Shown here piece by piece: positions 10,649-19,898 of a stretch of DNA of 64,000 bases; within the stretch, counting starts at the first letter, position 1, and every line of letters starts with the position of its first letter. The stretch covers positions 640,001 to 704,000 of the forward strand of contig CBDCQT010000013.1 of NCBI GenBank assembly GCA_965220745.1, in the 5' to 3' direction. Below the pieces are notes generated by a model that did no database searches, was not told where the DNA came from, and worked only from the letters and a program-made list of their open reading frames with translations. The DNA comes from Alphaproteobacteria bacterium. Its GTDB lineage: Bacteria > Pseudomonadota > Alphaproteobacteria > UBA828. A program made the position numbers and the translations under genes.

Positions 10649-11710
10649 TCAGCCCGCACGCCCCTCGGTCTCCGGCTCCGGCGGATAGAGCCACGCCTTG
10701 GGGCGCCCCTCGGACTCGCCGGCCGCCTCTACCTCAAGCCCCGGCGCGCGCTGCTTGGTCAGCTTCATCGTGATGTGATCGCCCGAGGTCGTGCGCCCGT
10801 AGCGCGCCGGATTGTCGGCGCTCACGCAGCTCGGCAGGCACTCGATCTCTGCGTCGTAGTTGGGCTGATGGAAGAAGATTAGCGACAGCCGGTCGAGGTG
10901 CGCCTTGTCGCGGGGCGGATTCGCGATGCGGTGCATGGTCGAGCGCCAGCGGTCGTTGGTCCACTCGGCCATCAGGTCGCCGAGATTGACCGAGAAGCTG
11001 TCCGGGAACCAGGGCACGTCCTCCCAAACCCCTGACTCGGTCTGAATCTGCAGCCCACCCACGGCGGTGTCGCAATGCACCAGAGTGAGGCTGCCGTAAT
11101 CGGTATGGGCGCCGCCGCGAAGCTGCTCCGGCAGCGGCGTATCCGGCTGCGACGGATAGTAGATGGCGCTGAAGTTGGTGATGTGCTCGTCGATCTTGGC
11201 CTGAAAGAAGCCCTCGGGCATGTCGAGCGCCACGGCGAAGATTCGCATGATGTCGGCGGAGAGACGCGTCATCTCGCGGTAATAAGCCTCCCACACCCGC
11301 GCCATGTCCGCAGGCCGGTCCGGCCAGATGTTGGGCGCGAAATAGCGCGCGCCGGCGGGGCCGTAGTGATACTCGTCGTAGGCCGCGTCCACCGGACCCA
11401 TGCTATAGGCCTCCTTGAGGTCCGGTGGGCGCTCCTCGTCGAGGCTGTAGGCCAGGCTTTCCGTCCCCGGCGGCGTGTAGCCGCGATAACGGTCGGCCGG
11501 CATCTTGTGCTTCATCTTTTCCCAGTGGGGCCGCGCGAAGAAGCCGCGCGAGACACCGTGCATCTCGTCGATGAGCGATTTCGGAACCCCGTGGCCCGCC
11601 ACTACCAGCCATCCGAACGCACGGCAGGCGTCGTCGAGCGCCCTGGCCGTGTGCGCCTTGTCCCCCTGAGAGCCGTGCAGGAAGGGTTCGATATCGATCA
11701 GCGGGATCAT
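10649..11710 (-). CDS. Isopenicillin N synthase family 2OG-Fe(II) dioxygenase
   Basis: IPLIDI start, GAHTDYGSLTL, NLGDLMAEWTNDRWRSTMHR, RLSLIFF. Confidence 0.9.
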   Translation of the reverse strand: MIPLIDIEPFLHGSQGDKAHTARALDDACRAFGWLVVAGHGVPKSLIDEMHGVSRGFFARPHWEKMKHKMPADRYRGYTPPGTESLAYSLDEERPPDLKEAYSMGPVDAAYDEYHYGPAGARYFAPNIWPDRPADMARVWEAYYREMTRLSADIMRIFAVALDMPEGFFQAKIDEHITNFSAIYYPSQPDTPLPEQLRGGAHTDYGSLTLVHCDTAVGGLQIQTESGVWEDVPWFPDSFSVNLGDLMAEWTNDRWRSTMHRIANPPRDKAHLDRLSLIFFHQPNYDAEIECLPSCVSADNPARYGRTTSGDHITMKLTKQRAPGLEVEAAGESEGRPKAWLYPPEPETEGRAG

Positions 11711-11775
11711 GGTCTGTCGCTCGTCGTCGCGGTTCGGGAGCGGTTTCTACACCGGCGTCGCGCGCTCCAGTCCAA

Positions 11776-12666
11776 TCAGTTGCGCGTGCCGAGGATCTCG
11801 CGGGCCTCCGCGGGCGTCGCGGGCTCCGCCCCCAGCATGCGGACCAGCGCCACCGCCTGCTCCACCAGCGCCGCGTTGGAGGGCGCGAGCGTGCCCCGCC
11901 CCAGATAAAGATTGTCCTCCAACCCCGTGCGGACGTGCCCGCCGCTCAGCACCGAGAGGCCGGCAATGGGAAGTTGGTCGCGGGAGATACCGAAGGCCGC
12001 CCAATGCGCGCCGTCCGGCAGCAGGCTCTTCATGTAGGAGAGCGCCTCCGGAGTCGCCGGCGCGCCCCACTCGATCCCGAGGCAGAGCTGGAAGAACCCC
12101 GGCGCCTCCACATGGCCCTTCTCGATCAGGTTGGCCGCCAGCCGCACGCCGCCCACGTCGAAGACCTCCAACTCCGGCACGACCCCCCACTCACGCATGT
12201 TGTCGGCCATGTAGCGGAGTTGCGGCGGCGAGTTGATCATCACGCTGTCGTCGCGCACGCCGCCCGAGTTCATGGTCGCCACGTCGAGGCTGCAAATCTC
12301 GGGCCTGAGCTCGCCCACGTGGGCGATCCGCCTGGCCGGCGCCGTGAAGGTCGTGCCGGGCCCGTAATCGAAGGGGTCCTCCACGCCGGGGCTGAGGCGC
12401 GCGCCGTAGCCCGTGGTGAGATTCAGCACGACATCGGTCTCGCTCTGGCGGATGCGGCCGGCGGTCTCGCGGTAATGATCGAGCTCCATGCTGGCCTTCC
12501 CGGTCTCAGGGTCGCGCACGTGGACATGCACGATGGCCGCGCCCGCCTTGGCCGCATCGAGCGCGGATTGCGCGATCTCCGTCGGAGTCACGGGCACCGC
12601 CGGGTTCTTGGCCACCGTGTCCGCCGAGCCCGTCACCGCACAGGTGATGATGACCTTGCGCGCCAT
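11776..12666 (-). CDS. 3-keto-5-aminohexanoate cleavage enzyme family (BKACE/DUF849)
   Basis: MARKVIITCAVTG start, AAIVHVHVRD, HVRTGLEDN. Confidence 0.9.
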   Translation of the reverse strand: MARKVIITCAVTGSADTVAKNPAVPVTPTEIAQSALDAAKAGAAIVHVHVRDPETGKASMELDHYRETAGRIRQSETDVVLNLTTGYGARLSPGVEDPFDYGPGTTFTAPARRIAHVGELRPEICSLDVATMNSGGVRDDSVMINSPPQLRYMADNMREWGVVPELEVFDVGGVRLAANLIEKGHVEAPGFFQLCLGIEWGAPATPEALSYMKSLLPDGAHWAAFGISRDQLPIAGLSVLSGGHVRTGLEDNLYLGRGTLAPSNAALVEQAVALVRMLGAEPATPAEAREILGTRN

Positions 12667-12954
12667 GTCTCTCCTCTTCCGTATCGCACCGCCGGGCGGC
12701 GACCTCGTCGAGGACCTGATCCAGGATATCGAGAAGGGAGATGCCTTCCCGCTCGGCCCTATCGGGTGCCCATTGTGCCATGAGGAAGCCTCTATGACGA
12801 CAATGCCCACAGGGCGCCGCATCGGAGGCCAGAGATCACGTTTATCGTCCCATAACAATCGGTTAGACGCGAACACTTTAAATCAAAATTAGCTTGTTGA
12901 CGGATCTTGTGGATCACGCTATAGGTTGGGGTTCTGGGCATTCACTGCCCCTAC

Positions 12955-13149
12955 ATGGAGAAGATCGTCATGCAGTATGAGTATTATCAAAGCGCCAGGA
13001 ACAACGAGTGGTATTGGCGCCTGAAAGCCAGCAACGGGAAGATCATCGCCGATGGAGGCCAAGGCTATGACAATAAGTCCGACTGTCTCCACGGAATCTC
13101 GCTGGTCAAGAAGTCCGCCACCGCCAAGGTGACCGAGACCGACAGCTAG
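12955..13149 (+). CDS. YegP/DUF1508 family small protein
   Basis: WYWRLKASNGKIIADGGQGY..KSDCLHGISLVK pattern. Confidence 0.8.
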   Translation: MEKIVMQYEYYQSARNNEWYWRLKASNGKIIADGGQGYDNKSDCLHGISLVKKSATAKVTETDS

Positions 13150-13152
13150 TCC

Positions 13153-13178
13153 GGGGCAGGGGTTGAAGCCCCTGCCCC
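13153..13178 (+). terminator. GC-rich hairpin, possible terminator or RNA-stabilising stem
   Basis: GGGGCAGGGG-TTGAAG-CCCCTGCCCC 10-bp stem just after the stop codon; only a weak T tract follows. Confidence 0.5.
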
Positions 13179-13199
13179 TTCCTCCTGAAAGGAATCGAC

Positions 13200-13577
13200 A
13201 TGGCCGACGACAATCAGGACCTACAACAAGCAGTCAACATTCAATCCATAAAGGAAAAGCGCGAAGAGCGAAAGAGCATGGTCCGAGTGCTACTGACGTA
13301 TCTGGCAGCACTCTTCCTTTTCGGAATATCGCTAGTGTTGATCATCTGGTTCATGTGGATCAAAGACTACGATAAGGCGACAGCAGCATTCGGCACTGTC
13401 GTCCCCACCACCACGTTTATCATTGGTTACTGGTTCGCAAAGCGCTCCGGGGAGCGCCAGGAACCCGAGATGCCGGAAGAGATGAAGGCGCTTGTGCCGT
13501 CACCCGACGCCGCTGGACAAGGCGGCCAGGCCGGCGCCCAACAGGATGAAGAACGTCAAGATCAAAACGGCAGATAG
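13200..13577 (+). CDS. Hypothetical protein with two predicted membrane helices
   Basis: AAAGGA RBS; two hydrophobic segments. Confidence 0.65.
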   Translation: MADDNQDLQQAVNIQSIKEKREERKSMVRVLLTYLAALFLFGISLVLIIWFMWIKDYDKATAAFGTVVPTTTFIIGYWFAKRSGERQEPEMPEEMKALVPSPDAAGQGGQAGAQQDEERQDQNGR

Positions 13578-13962
13578 TCTTTCGTCCATCAGATTGTCCT
13601 TCCTGAGTACCGAAAAGGCGTTGGTGTGGCCTACCCCGTTTCATGACTCCTATCTGGGTTGATAATCGCCCCCAATTCGACTCTGGAACGTTCCGGGTAC
13701 GCGTTCAGTCAGGTACATAAAGCACCCAATCTTATGGGTCCGATCTCGATCAACATGGGGCGATTCTGGCAAAGGCAACGTGCGCCGTGCACCGCACCAT
13801 AGTATTGGGGATATATGATACTGACAGACATTGAAGGAGAAATTGTAGGTTTTCAGCTACTTGGTGTATTGTCTTGCAGACTGAAGCACGCTATCGTACG
13901 CACCGTTTGGATTTCTGGTGGTGCCTAGATGGTGCCCGATACGCACCGCAAGGAAAATTCCC

Positions 13963-15117
13963 GTGCCCAAAATCACCAAGAGAACCGTCGATGCCCTCGT
14001 CCCCGAAGAGCGGGAGAGAATCCTCTGGGACGACGCCATCAAAGGCTTCGGGGTCCGTGTCCATCCGACCGGACGCAAGGTCTACATCGTCAAGTACAGA
14101 CACGAGGGGCGATCCGTCAAAGTCACCATTGGACCCCACGGCCCCATCACTCCCGCTGCCGCGCGCGCGAAGGCAGCGGAAATCGTCACCCTCGCGAAGA
14201 CCGGCCGCGATCTCGAAGGGAAGATCCCCCGTGGCAAGAGAGGCGCCACCGTGGCAGACCTCGCCAAGCGCTTCATGGACGAGTACGCGCCTGCCCATCT
14301 GAAGCCCGGCACCGCGCGGCTCTACCGCAAGATCATCGACAACCGCATCCTTCCCCGGCTCGGCAAGCGCCGGGTCGGCGATCTCGGCAAGAACGACGTC
14401 GCCGCTCTTCATCACGAGATGCGCGACGTCCCCGGCCATGCCAACCGGACGCTGAGCGTGCTCTCGCGCATGCTGACCCTCGCCGAGGTCTGGGAGATGC
14501 GGCCCGAGGGCGTCAATCCGTGCCGGCACGTCAAGAAGTATCCGGAGCACAAGCGGGAGCGGTTTCTCTCGGACGACGAGTACCGCCGTCTCGGCGCCGC
14601 GCTGCGTGACGCGGAGGAGGAGGGCTTCGTCTCCCCGGTGGCGATCGCCGCGATACGGTTGTTGATGCTGACCGGGTGCCGGAGCGGGGAGATCATGAGC
14701 CTGCGGTGGGAGCACGTCGATCTTGAGGCAGGCGAGCTCAGGTTGCCGGAGAGCAAGACCGGATCGAAGGTGGTGCACCTGGGCGATCCGGCGATAGCGG
14801 TGCTGCGGGGCATCCCGCGCGCAGACGGCAGTCCGTGGGTGTTGCCAGGCATCAGGGGTGGCAAGCACATCGCGTATCTGCACGACTCGTGGCGCCGCAT
14901 TCTCAAGCGTGCCGCGATCGAGAACCTGCGCATCCACGATCTTCGGCACAGCTTTGCCAGTGGCGGTCTGCTGGTCGGTGAAGGGCTTCCGATGATCGGC
15001 AAGCTTCTCGGCCACAACAGGGTGACGACGACCTCGCGCTATGCGCACCTGGCCAACGACCCCGTGAAGGCGGCCGCCAACCGGATCGCGAGCAGGATCG
15101 CCAAAGTGGCGGGTTGA
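13963..15117 (+). CDS. P4-like tyrosine integrase with N-terminal arm-binding domain
   Basis: WDDAIKGFGVRV arm domain; TGCRSGE, IHDLRH, LLGH, RYAH catalytic motifs; GTG start after AAGGA. Confidence 0.93.
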   Translation: MPKITKRTVDALVPEERERILWDDAIKGFGVRVHPTGRKVYIVKYRHEGRSVKVTIGPHGPITPAAARAKAAEIVTLAKTGRDLEGKIPRGKRGATVADLAKRFMDEYAPAHLKPGTARLYRKIIDNRILPRLGKRRVGDLGKNDVAALHHEMRDVPGHANRTLSVLSRMLTLAEVWEMRPEGVNPCRHVKKYPEHKRERFLSDDEYRRLGAALRDAEEEGFVSPVAIAAIRLLMLTGCRSGEIMSLRWEHVDLEAGELRLPESKTGSKVVHLGDPAIAVLRGIPRADGSPWVLPGIRGGKHIAYLHDSWRRILKRAAIENLRIHDLRHSFASGGLLVGEGLPMIGKLLGHNRVTTTSRYAHLANDPVKAAANRIASRIAKVAG

Positions 15118-15285
15118 GTTCACAACGGACCTTGCAGGGCCTTCGCCCACATGGGCGGCTGAGCCATCGCCATATTGCCTGACGCGGCTGGGGTCGCGAG
15201 TGCCGGGTGCGTCAGTCAAGCCGCCAATACCAGTCTCATGCGCGCCCCACCGCCCGCCGCCAAGGCATTGCGCAGCCCGCACGCC

Positions 15286-15476
15286 TCACCACCGCGCCAG
15301 GAGCTCGACCCCGGCGGTGTGCTCGGGCTGCGCGGTCTCGCTCTCGCGTCTTGTCACCTTCACGCCGAAGGAAACATCGGTCGCGTTGGCGTTCGTCGCC
15401 GGCGTCAAGCGCCAGCCGACGCTGTAATCCCGAGCGCCAGTCGAGAGGCCGACCTCGACGGCGAGCAAGTGCCCGA
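15286..15476 (-). pseudogene. C-terminal remnant of an outer-membrane beta-barrel (autotransporter-like) protein
   Basis: Amphipathic strands ...RDYSVGWRL...SFGVKVTRRE...HTAGVELLARW ending in Trp; 5' part cut off at the IS1182 end. Confidence 0.55.
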
Positions 15477-15480
15477 CTAG

Positions 15481-17074
15481 CAGTCTGTCGGACTTTGGGG
15501 TGGTGTTCGGTTAGAATTCGGCCATGAGCAGATTCGTGGACTGCGGTCGGGACCAAGCTTTCTTGCTTCCGCCCGATCTTCGGGAGTGGATCCCGGAGGA
15601 CGATCTGGCGCACTTCGTGATCGAGGCGGTCGAGCGCGTCGACCTGGGCGCCTTCAAGGTGAACCGCCGCGGCAGCGGCTCGGCGCAGTATCACCCCCGG
15701 ATGATGCTGGCGCTTCTGATCTACTGCTATGCCAACGGGATCTTCTCGAGCCGTCGGATCGAGCGCGCGACCCGTCGCGACATCGGTGTGCGCTTTGTGG
15801 CCGCCAACAGCCATCCCGACCATGACACGATTGCGACCTTCCGGCGCGAGAACCTTGGGGCGGTGGCTGAAAGCTTTCTTCAGGTTCTGCTGTTGGCCAA
15901 GGAGTTGAAGCTGGTGAAGCTGGGGGTGGTCAGCGTCGGCGGCAGCAAGTTCGATGCCAATGCGAGCAAGCATCGCTCGGTCACCTATGACCGGGCGGGG
16001 GCGCTGATCGACCAGTTGCGGCTGGAGATCGCCGATTTGATGGAGCGTGCCGAGGCGGCGGACGCCGACGTCGGCGAGGAGGCGCAGGCGCTGCCCAGGG
16101 AGATTGCGCGCCGTGAGGCTTTGTGCGCGCGCCTGGACGCGGCGCGCCAGCGTCTTGAGGCTCAGGCCAAGGCGCGTGCGGAGGCGGAGCGAGCGGCCTA
16201 CGAGGCCAAGGTAGCAGCGCGCGCCGGGCGCAAGGGCCGGGCCAAGGGCAAGCGGCCGAAGCCGCCCGAGGAGACGCCGCGCGGCGACGAGCAGAGCAAC
16301 CTGAGCGACCCGGACAGCCGGCTGATGCGCAAGAGCAAGAGGCACGAGTACCGCCAAGCCTACAATGCGCAAGCCGTGGTGGATGCCGGGGGCTCTCAGC
16401 TGATCGTGGGCGCGCGGGTCAGCCCCTGCGCCAGCGACCGCAACGAGTTGGTGGCGGACATCGCGGCGATCGCGGCCGAACTGGGCCGGCCCGAGACGGT
16501 GCTGGCGGACAACGGCTATGCCACCGGTGCGGAGGTGGCGGCGCTCGAAGCGGACGGCATCGAGGCTCTGGTGGCGACGGCTGCGGAAGGCCGGCGGCGG
16601 CGCCACGACTTCCGCCCGAGCGGGGCCGGGACGGCGGTGAAGGAAGCCAAGGCCGCCAAGGCCGCGTGGCTCCGGGAGATGGCGAGCAAGCTCGACGGCG
16701 AAGAGGGCCGGGCGCTGTACAGGCTGCGTCAGCAAACCGTCGAGCCGGTGTTCGGCGTCATCAAGGCGGTCCTCGGCTTCACCCGCTTCTCGCTGCGCGG
16801 CCTCGACAAGGTGGCCGGCGAGTGGGACCTGGTGGCGCTGGCCTACAACTGCAAGCGCCTGCACAAGCTCACGTTGTCCATGGCGTCATGACGGCCTTCC
16901 TGGCCCGACTTCTCGATGCGAATGCGTCGACACAGCCCTGCAGTACCGGACATCGACGTTTCAGCGATCGCCCCAACCCCATCCCCGCCGTCTCATCCAA
17001 CCTCGATCGTGCCGCCGGCAAACCAAAGCCAAACCACTCATAATCGAAAGCCGACCCCAAAGTCCGACAGACTG
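15481..17074 (+). mobile_element. IS1182-family insertion sequence
   Basis: Perfect 21-bp terminal IRs CAGTCTGTCGGACTTTGGGGT (15481-15501 and 17054-17074), each flanked by CTAG. Confidence 0.92.
15524..16891 (+). CDS. IS1182 family transposase (first catalytic Asp apparently replaced by Gly)
   Basis: DQAFLLPPDLREWIPEDDLA, YHPRMML, PDHDTIATFRR, LADNGY, RQQTVEPVFG. Confidence 0.9.
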   Translation: MSRFVDCGRDQAFLLPPDLREWIPEDDLAHFVIEAVERVDLGAFKVNRRGSGSAQYHPRMMLALLIYCYANGIFSSRRIERATRRDIGVRFVAANSHPDHDTIATFRRENLGAVAESFLQVLLLAKELKLVKLGVVSVGGSKFDANASKHRSVTYDRAGALIDQLRLEIADLMERAEAADADVGEEAQALPREIARREALCARLDAARQRLEAQAKARAEAERAAYEAKVAARAGRKGRAKGKRPKPPEETPRGDEQSNLSDPDSRLMRKSKRHEYRQAYNAQAVVDAGGSQLIVGARVSPCASDRNELVADIAAIAAELGRPETVLADNGYATGAEVAALEADGIEALVATAAEGRRRRHDFRPSGAGTAVKEAKAAKAAWLREMASKLDGEEGRALYRLRQQTVEPVFGVIKAVLGFTRFSLRGLDKVAGEWDLVALAYNCKRLHKLTLSMAS

Positions 17075-17343
17075 CTAGGTCCTGACACTGATCGACAGGG
17101 GTCTCGGCCCGTCCTCGACCAACTCCACGCTCTTTGCCTTCTGGTGGTTCCTGTACGTCGAATTGACCGCGAAAAACGCGCTGTTCGCTGTCCACGACGA
17201 GGGCGCTCGCTTCTGGGGCCGTGTCGGCTCGCTCATCGAGACGTGCAAGATGAACGGCGACGATGGGGTGGACGCCCCCTCCCGACGGCATCGAATCGTG
17301 CCAAGGTGGTGGTGCGTTGAACCACCTGAGGAAGGAGGCATCC

Positions 17344-18366
17344 ATGGACGAGGTTACCATCATCGGAATCGACTTGGCGAAGAACAGCTTTCAGTTGCAT
17401 GGTGCCCGGGCAGACGGGTCCGTTGCGTTCCGCAAGAAGCTGAGCCGAGGAAAGGTGCTCGACTTCCTCGCCAGGCAATCATGCTGTGTCGTAGCGATGG
17501 AGGCCTGCGCGAGCGCTCACTATTGGGGTCGTGAGGCGCAGGCGCTTGGACACGAGGTCAAGCTGGTCCCGCCGATCTACGTGAAGCCATTCGTGAAGCG
17601 CCAGAAGAACGATACGGCTGACGCGGAGGCGACCACCGAGGCAGCCCAGCGCCCGACCATGAGCTTCGTGGCCGTGAAGACGGAAGAACAGCAGGCCAGG
17701 GGGATGCTGTTCCGCACGCGTGATCTCCTGGTGCGCCAGCGCACGCAGACGATCAATGCTCTGCGAGGTCACTTGGCGGAGTTCGGCGTCATTGCTCCGC
17801 AGGGGCCAGCTCACGTCGGTCGCTTGGAAGCGGCACTCATGGATTCACACTCAGGGCTACCGGAACTGGTTCGCGAACTGGGTGTCCTTCTGCTGGAGCA
17901 GATCGCCGGCCTCGATGAGAAGATCGTCCGATTAGAGAGCGAGCTGCGGGCCAACGCGCGCCGGGACGAAGAAGCGTCGCGACTGATGACGATACCGGGT
18001 GTTGGGCCGATCACCGCGATGGCGGTTCAGGCATTCGCGCCTCCGATGGAGAGCTTCCGGTGCGGGCGCGACTTCTCAGCCTGGATCGGCCTGGTTCCGA
18101 GGCAGCACACAACCGGCGGCAAGCCGCGGCTGGGCAAGATATCCAAGATGGGTCAGCGCGATCTCAGACGGCTCTTGATCGTCGGTGCCATGGCCGAGAT
18201 CTCTTGGGCAGTGCGCCGCGGTACGACGAAGGATCCATGGTTGGCCTGCATGTTGGAACGCAAACCACGCAAGGTAGTCGCCGTTGCGCTGGCCAACCGG
18301 ATGGCCCGCATTATCTGGGCGCTGAACACGAAGAAGGAGATCTACCGGGCTCCCGCCGCCGCCTGA
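17344..18366 (+). CDS. IS110 family DEDD recombinase/transposase
   Basis: AAGGAGG RBS; IGIDLAK, VAMEAC, KNDTADA, IPGVGP, GLVPRQHTTGGK. Confidence 0.95.
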   Translation: MDEVTIIGIDLAKNSFQLHGARADGSVAFRKKLSRGKVLDFLARQSCCVVAMEACASAHYWGREAQALGHEVKLVPPIYVKPFVKRQKNDTADAEATTEAAQRPTMSFVAVKTEEQQARGMLFRTRDLLVRQRTQTINALRGHLAEFGVIAPQGPAHVGRLEAALMDSHSGLPELVRELGVLLLEQIAGLDEKIVRLESELRANARRDEEASRLMTIPGVGPITAMAVQAFAPPMESFRCGRDFSAWIGLVPRQHTTGGKPRLGKISKMGQRDLRRLLIVGAMAEISWAVRRGTTKDPWLACMLERKPRKVVAVALANRMARIIWALNTKKEIYRAPAAA

Positions 18367-18610
18367 CAAGGGTGAAGGTTGGGAAGCCGTCGGGGATGTG
18401 AGCAGGTCGGAGGATCGGTAAGGGCAAACGGTCAATGAGACGGGGTCGGGAAAACCAGTGTAGGGCTCCGAGCTTTCAAGCTCGTCGCGTCGATTTTGGA
18501 CCCGATCCGCGCATCTCCATACAGGCCAGCGGCGTCTAGCAGGCCGCATCAACAGGCCGGATAGACGACTGCACCTGACCACATGAACCGAGCCGTCCAA
18601 AGAAAGCGCT
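18367..18610 (+). ncRNA. Putative bridge RNA / seekRNA region (boundaries approximate)
   Basis: Guide-like matches to the insertion target (GTAGGGCTC 18460-18468; GCGTCGA 18487-18493) flanking hairpin CGAGCTT-TC-AAGCTCG; match to the element right end (ATAGACGA 18561-18568). Confidence 0.8.
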
Positions 18611-18778
18611 TGCATCACCGGGGGCGTCCATAGACGAGCCCTACGCTTGGCTCAAGAGCACGCTGGAGAAAATCGCGGCCGGCCCCATCCTCAATCCCGA
18701 ATTCACGAACTCCTGCCCTGGAACTTCGGTCCGGCGTCAAGCTGAAAACCAAGGTGGTGCGCTTGCACCGGTCTCACG

Positions 18779-19522
18779 TCAGAGTCTGCTGAAGGCCCAG
18801 ATCACCGTGCCCACGATGTGGGCCTCGTCGACGAGGCAGGTATAGGGCTCGTAGGCAGGATTGGCGGAGTGCAGACGGATCGCGGGAGGCTCAGTGTGGA
18901 TCAGCATCTCGACCCGCTTGACCACGAGGCCGCCGCCGTCCCAGAGCACGACCATCTCACCAGTCACCGGCACGCGGCGAGAGGTGTCGACCACGATCCT
19001 GTCGCCCTCGCCGACGAGGGGCTCCATGGAATCGCCGCGGGCGCCGAGGATGCGCAGGTTCTCGGGCGCGGTGCGTCCCTCGTGGCGGATCATGGCGTCG
19101 GGCAGGTACCAGCGCGCCGCCTCAGCAGCGTTGTCCTCATTGAGAGCCCCGGGACCGGCAGAGGCGTCCACAGCCATTTCGCGGACCGCGGATACCGGCG
19201 CGTTCGGAAGCTGCGGTGGCCTGAAGCGCGGGGTTCGCGGCTTCGCTGGCCTGCGCTTCGGCACGTAATCGTGACGCAACTCCTCCGGGTCGCACCCGAG
19301 CCATTCGGCGAGCGCGCTGCGGTCGCGCGACCTGAGCGCCTTGGGGACGCCGCGTTCGAGGAACTGGTGCATGTACGAGGAGCCGCGGCCGATGGCGAGG
19401 GAGGCCTCCCGCATTGTGGCGTCCCGCTCGCGCAGCAGGTGGCGGATTCTCTTTCTGATGGGGTCGTTCTGCAGCAGACGTGCCTTGTCGTCATCTGCCC
19501 GGTTCCGGGGTTGATCGTGCAT
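18779..19522 (-). CDS. cI/LexA-like repressor (HTH plus S24 peptidase)
   Basis: N-terminal HTH (MREASLAIGRGSSYMHQFLERG); RGDSMEP catalytic Ser; VVKRV catalytic Lys. Confidence 0.88.
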   Translation of the reverse strand: MHDQPRNRADDDKARLLQNDPIRKRIRHLLRERDATMREASLAIGRGSSYMHQFLERGVPKALRSRDRSALAEWLGCDPEELRHDYVPKRRPAKPRTPRFRPPQLPNAPVSAVREMAVDASAGPGALNEDNAAEAARWYLPDAMIRHEGRTAPENLRILGARGDSMEPLVGEGDRIVVDTSRRVPVTGEMVVLWDGGGLVVKRVEMLIHTEPPAIRLHSANPAYEPYTCLVDEAHIVGTVIWAFSRL

Positions 19523-19554
19523 GGGCGTCCTCGATAGTGTCTCTTCGTATGTAT

Positions 19555-19856
19555 GTCATAGTACACAGTATCGTGTTGTCAAGAATATGTTGCGCAATTG
19601 TTCAGATACGATCCGATCGCTCGACTTCGAACCCGCCGAGCGTGTCGCAGGGTTAGGCTGAGCTCTCCGCAGCGACCGGGGGCTCGCCAAGAGAACAGAT
19701 CCTGGAATACCGAGCGCTTGACTGCTTGCAGACGCCGGTCTCCGTGCGGAATCAGGTCGTCGGGACCCCGCAAAGGCGTGTAGGGAAGGTGCGATTCGTC
19801 AAGATTCTGCGGGCGATTGCGCATGATTGACAAAAGTGTAGGAAACTAGCTACCAA
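19555..19856. promoter_or_regulatory. Divergent promoter region of the repressor/Cro switch
   Basis: TTGACA on minus strand (19577-19582) facing the repressor and on plus strand (19827-19832) facing the transfer operon; -10 boxes only approximate. Confidence 0.55.
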
Positions 19857-19898
19857 AACATATTGAATACCGCGCATGTTCCATCTACGTTCCCTGCC

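Larger units (their letters stand above)
17264..18637 (+). mobile_element. IS110 family, IS1111-type element
   Basis: Subterminal IRs TGGACGCCCCC (17269-17279) and GGGGGCGTCCA (18620-18630); GA core at both junctions; long non-coding region downstream of the transposase. Confidence 0.9.
17163..18745 (+). pseudogene. IS66 TnpC C-terminal remnant interrupted by an IS110 element
   Basis: KNALFAVHDEGARFWGRVGSLIETCKMNG left of the IS110; EPYAWLKSTLEKIAAG, frameshift, HPQSRIHELLPWNF right of it. Confidence 0.85.

Noticed and set aside
343-12666. Carnitine/betaine catabolic cluster (Rieske oxygenase plus BKACE)
   Set aside because: Genes are about 10 kb apart with housekeeping genes between; substrates cannot be assigned from motifs
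13578-13917. tRNA or tmRNA integration target
   Set aside because: No cloverleaf or T-loop/CCA arrangement recognised
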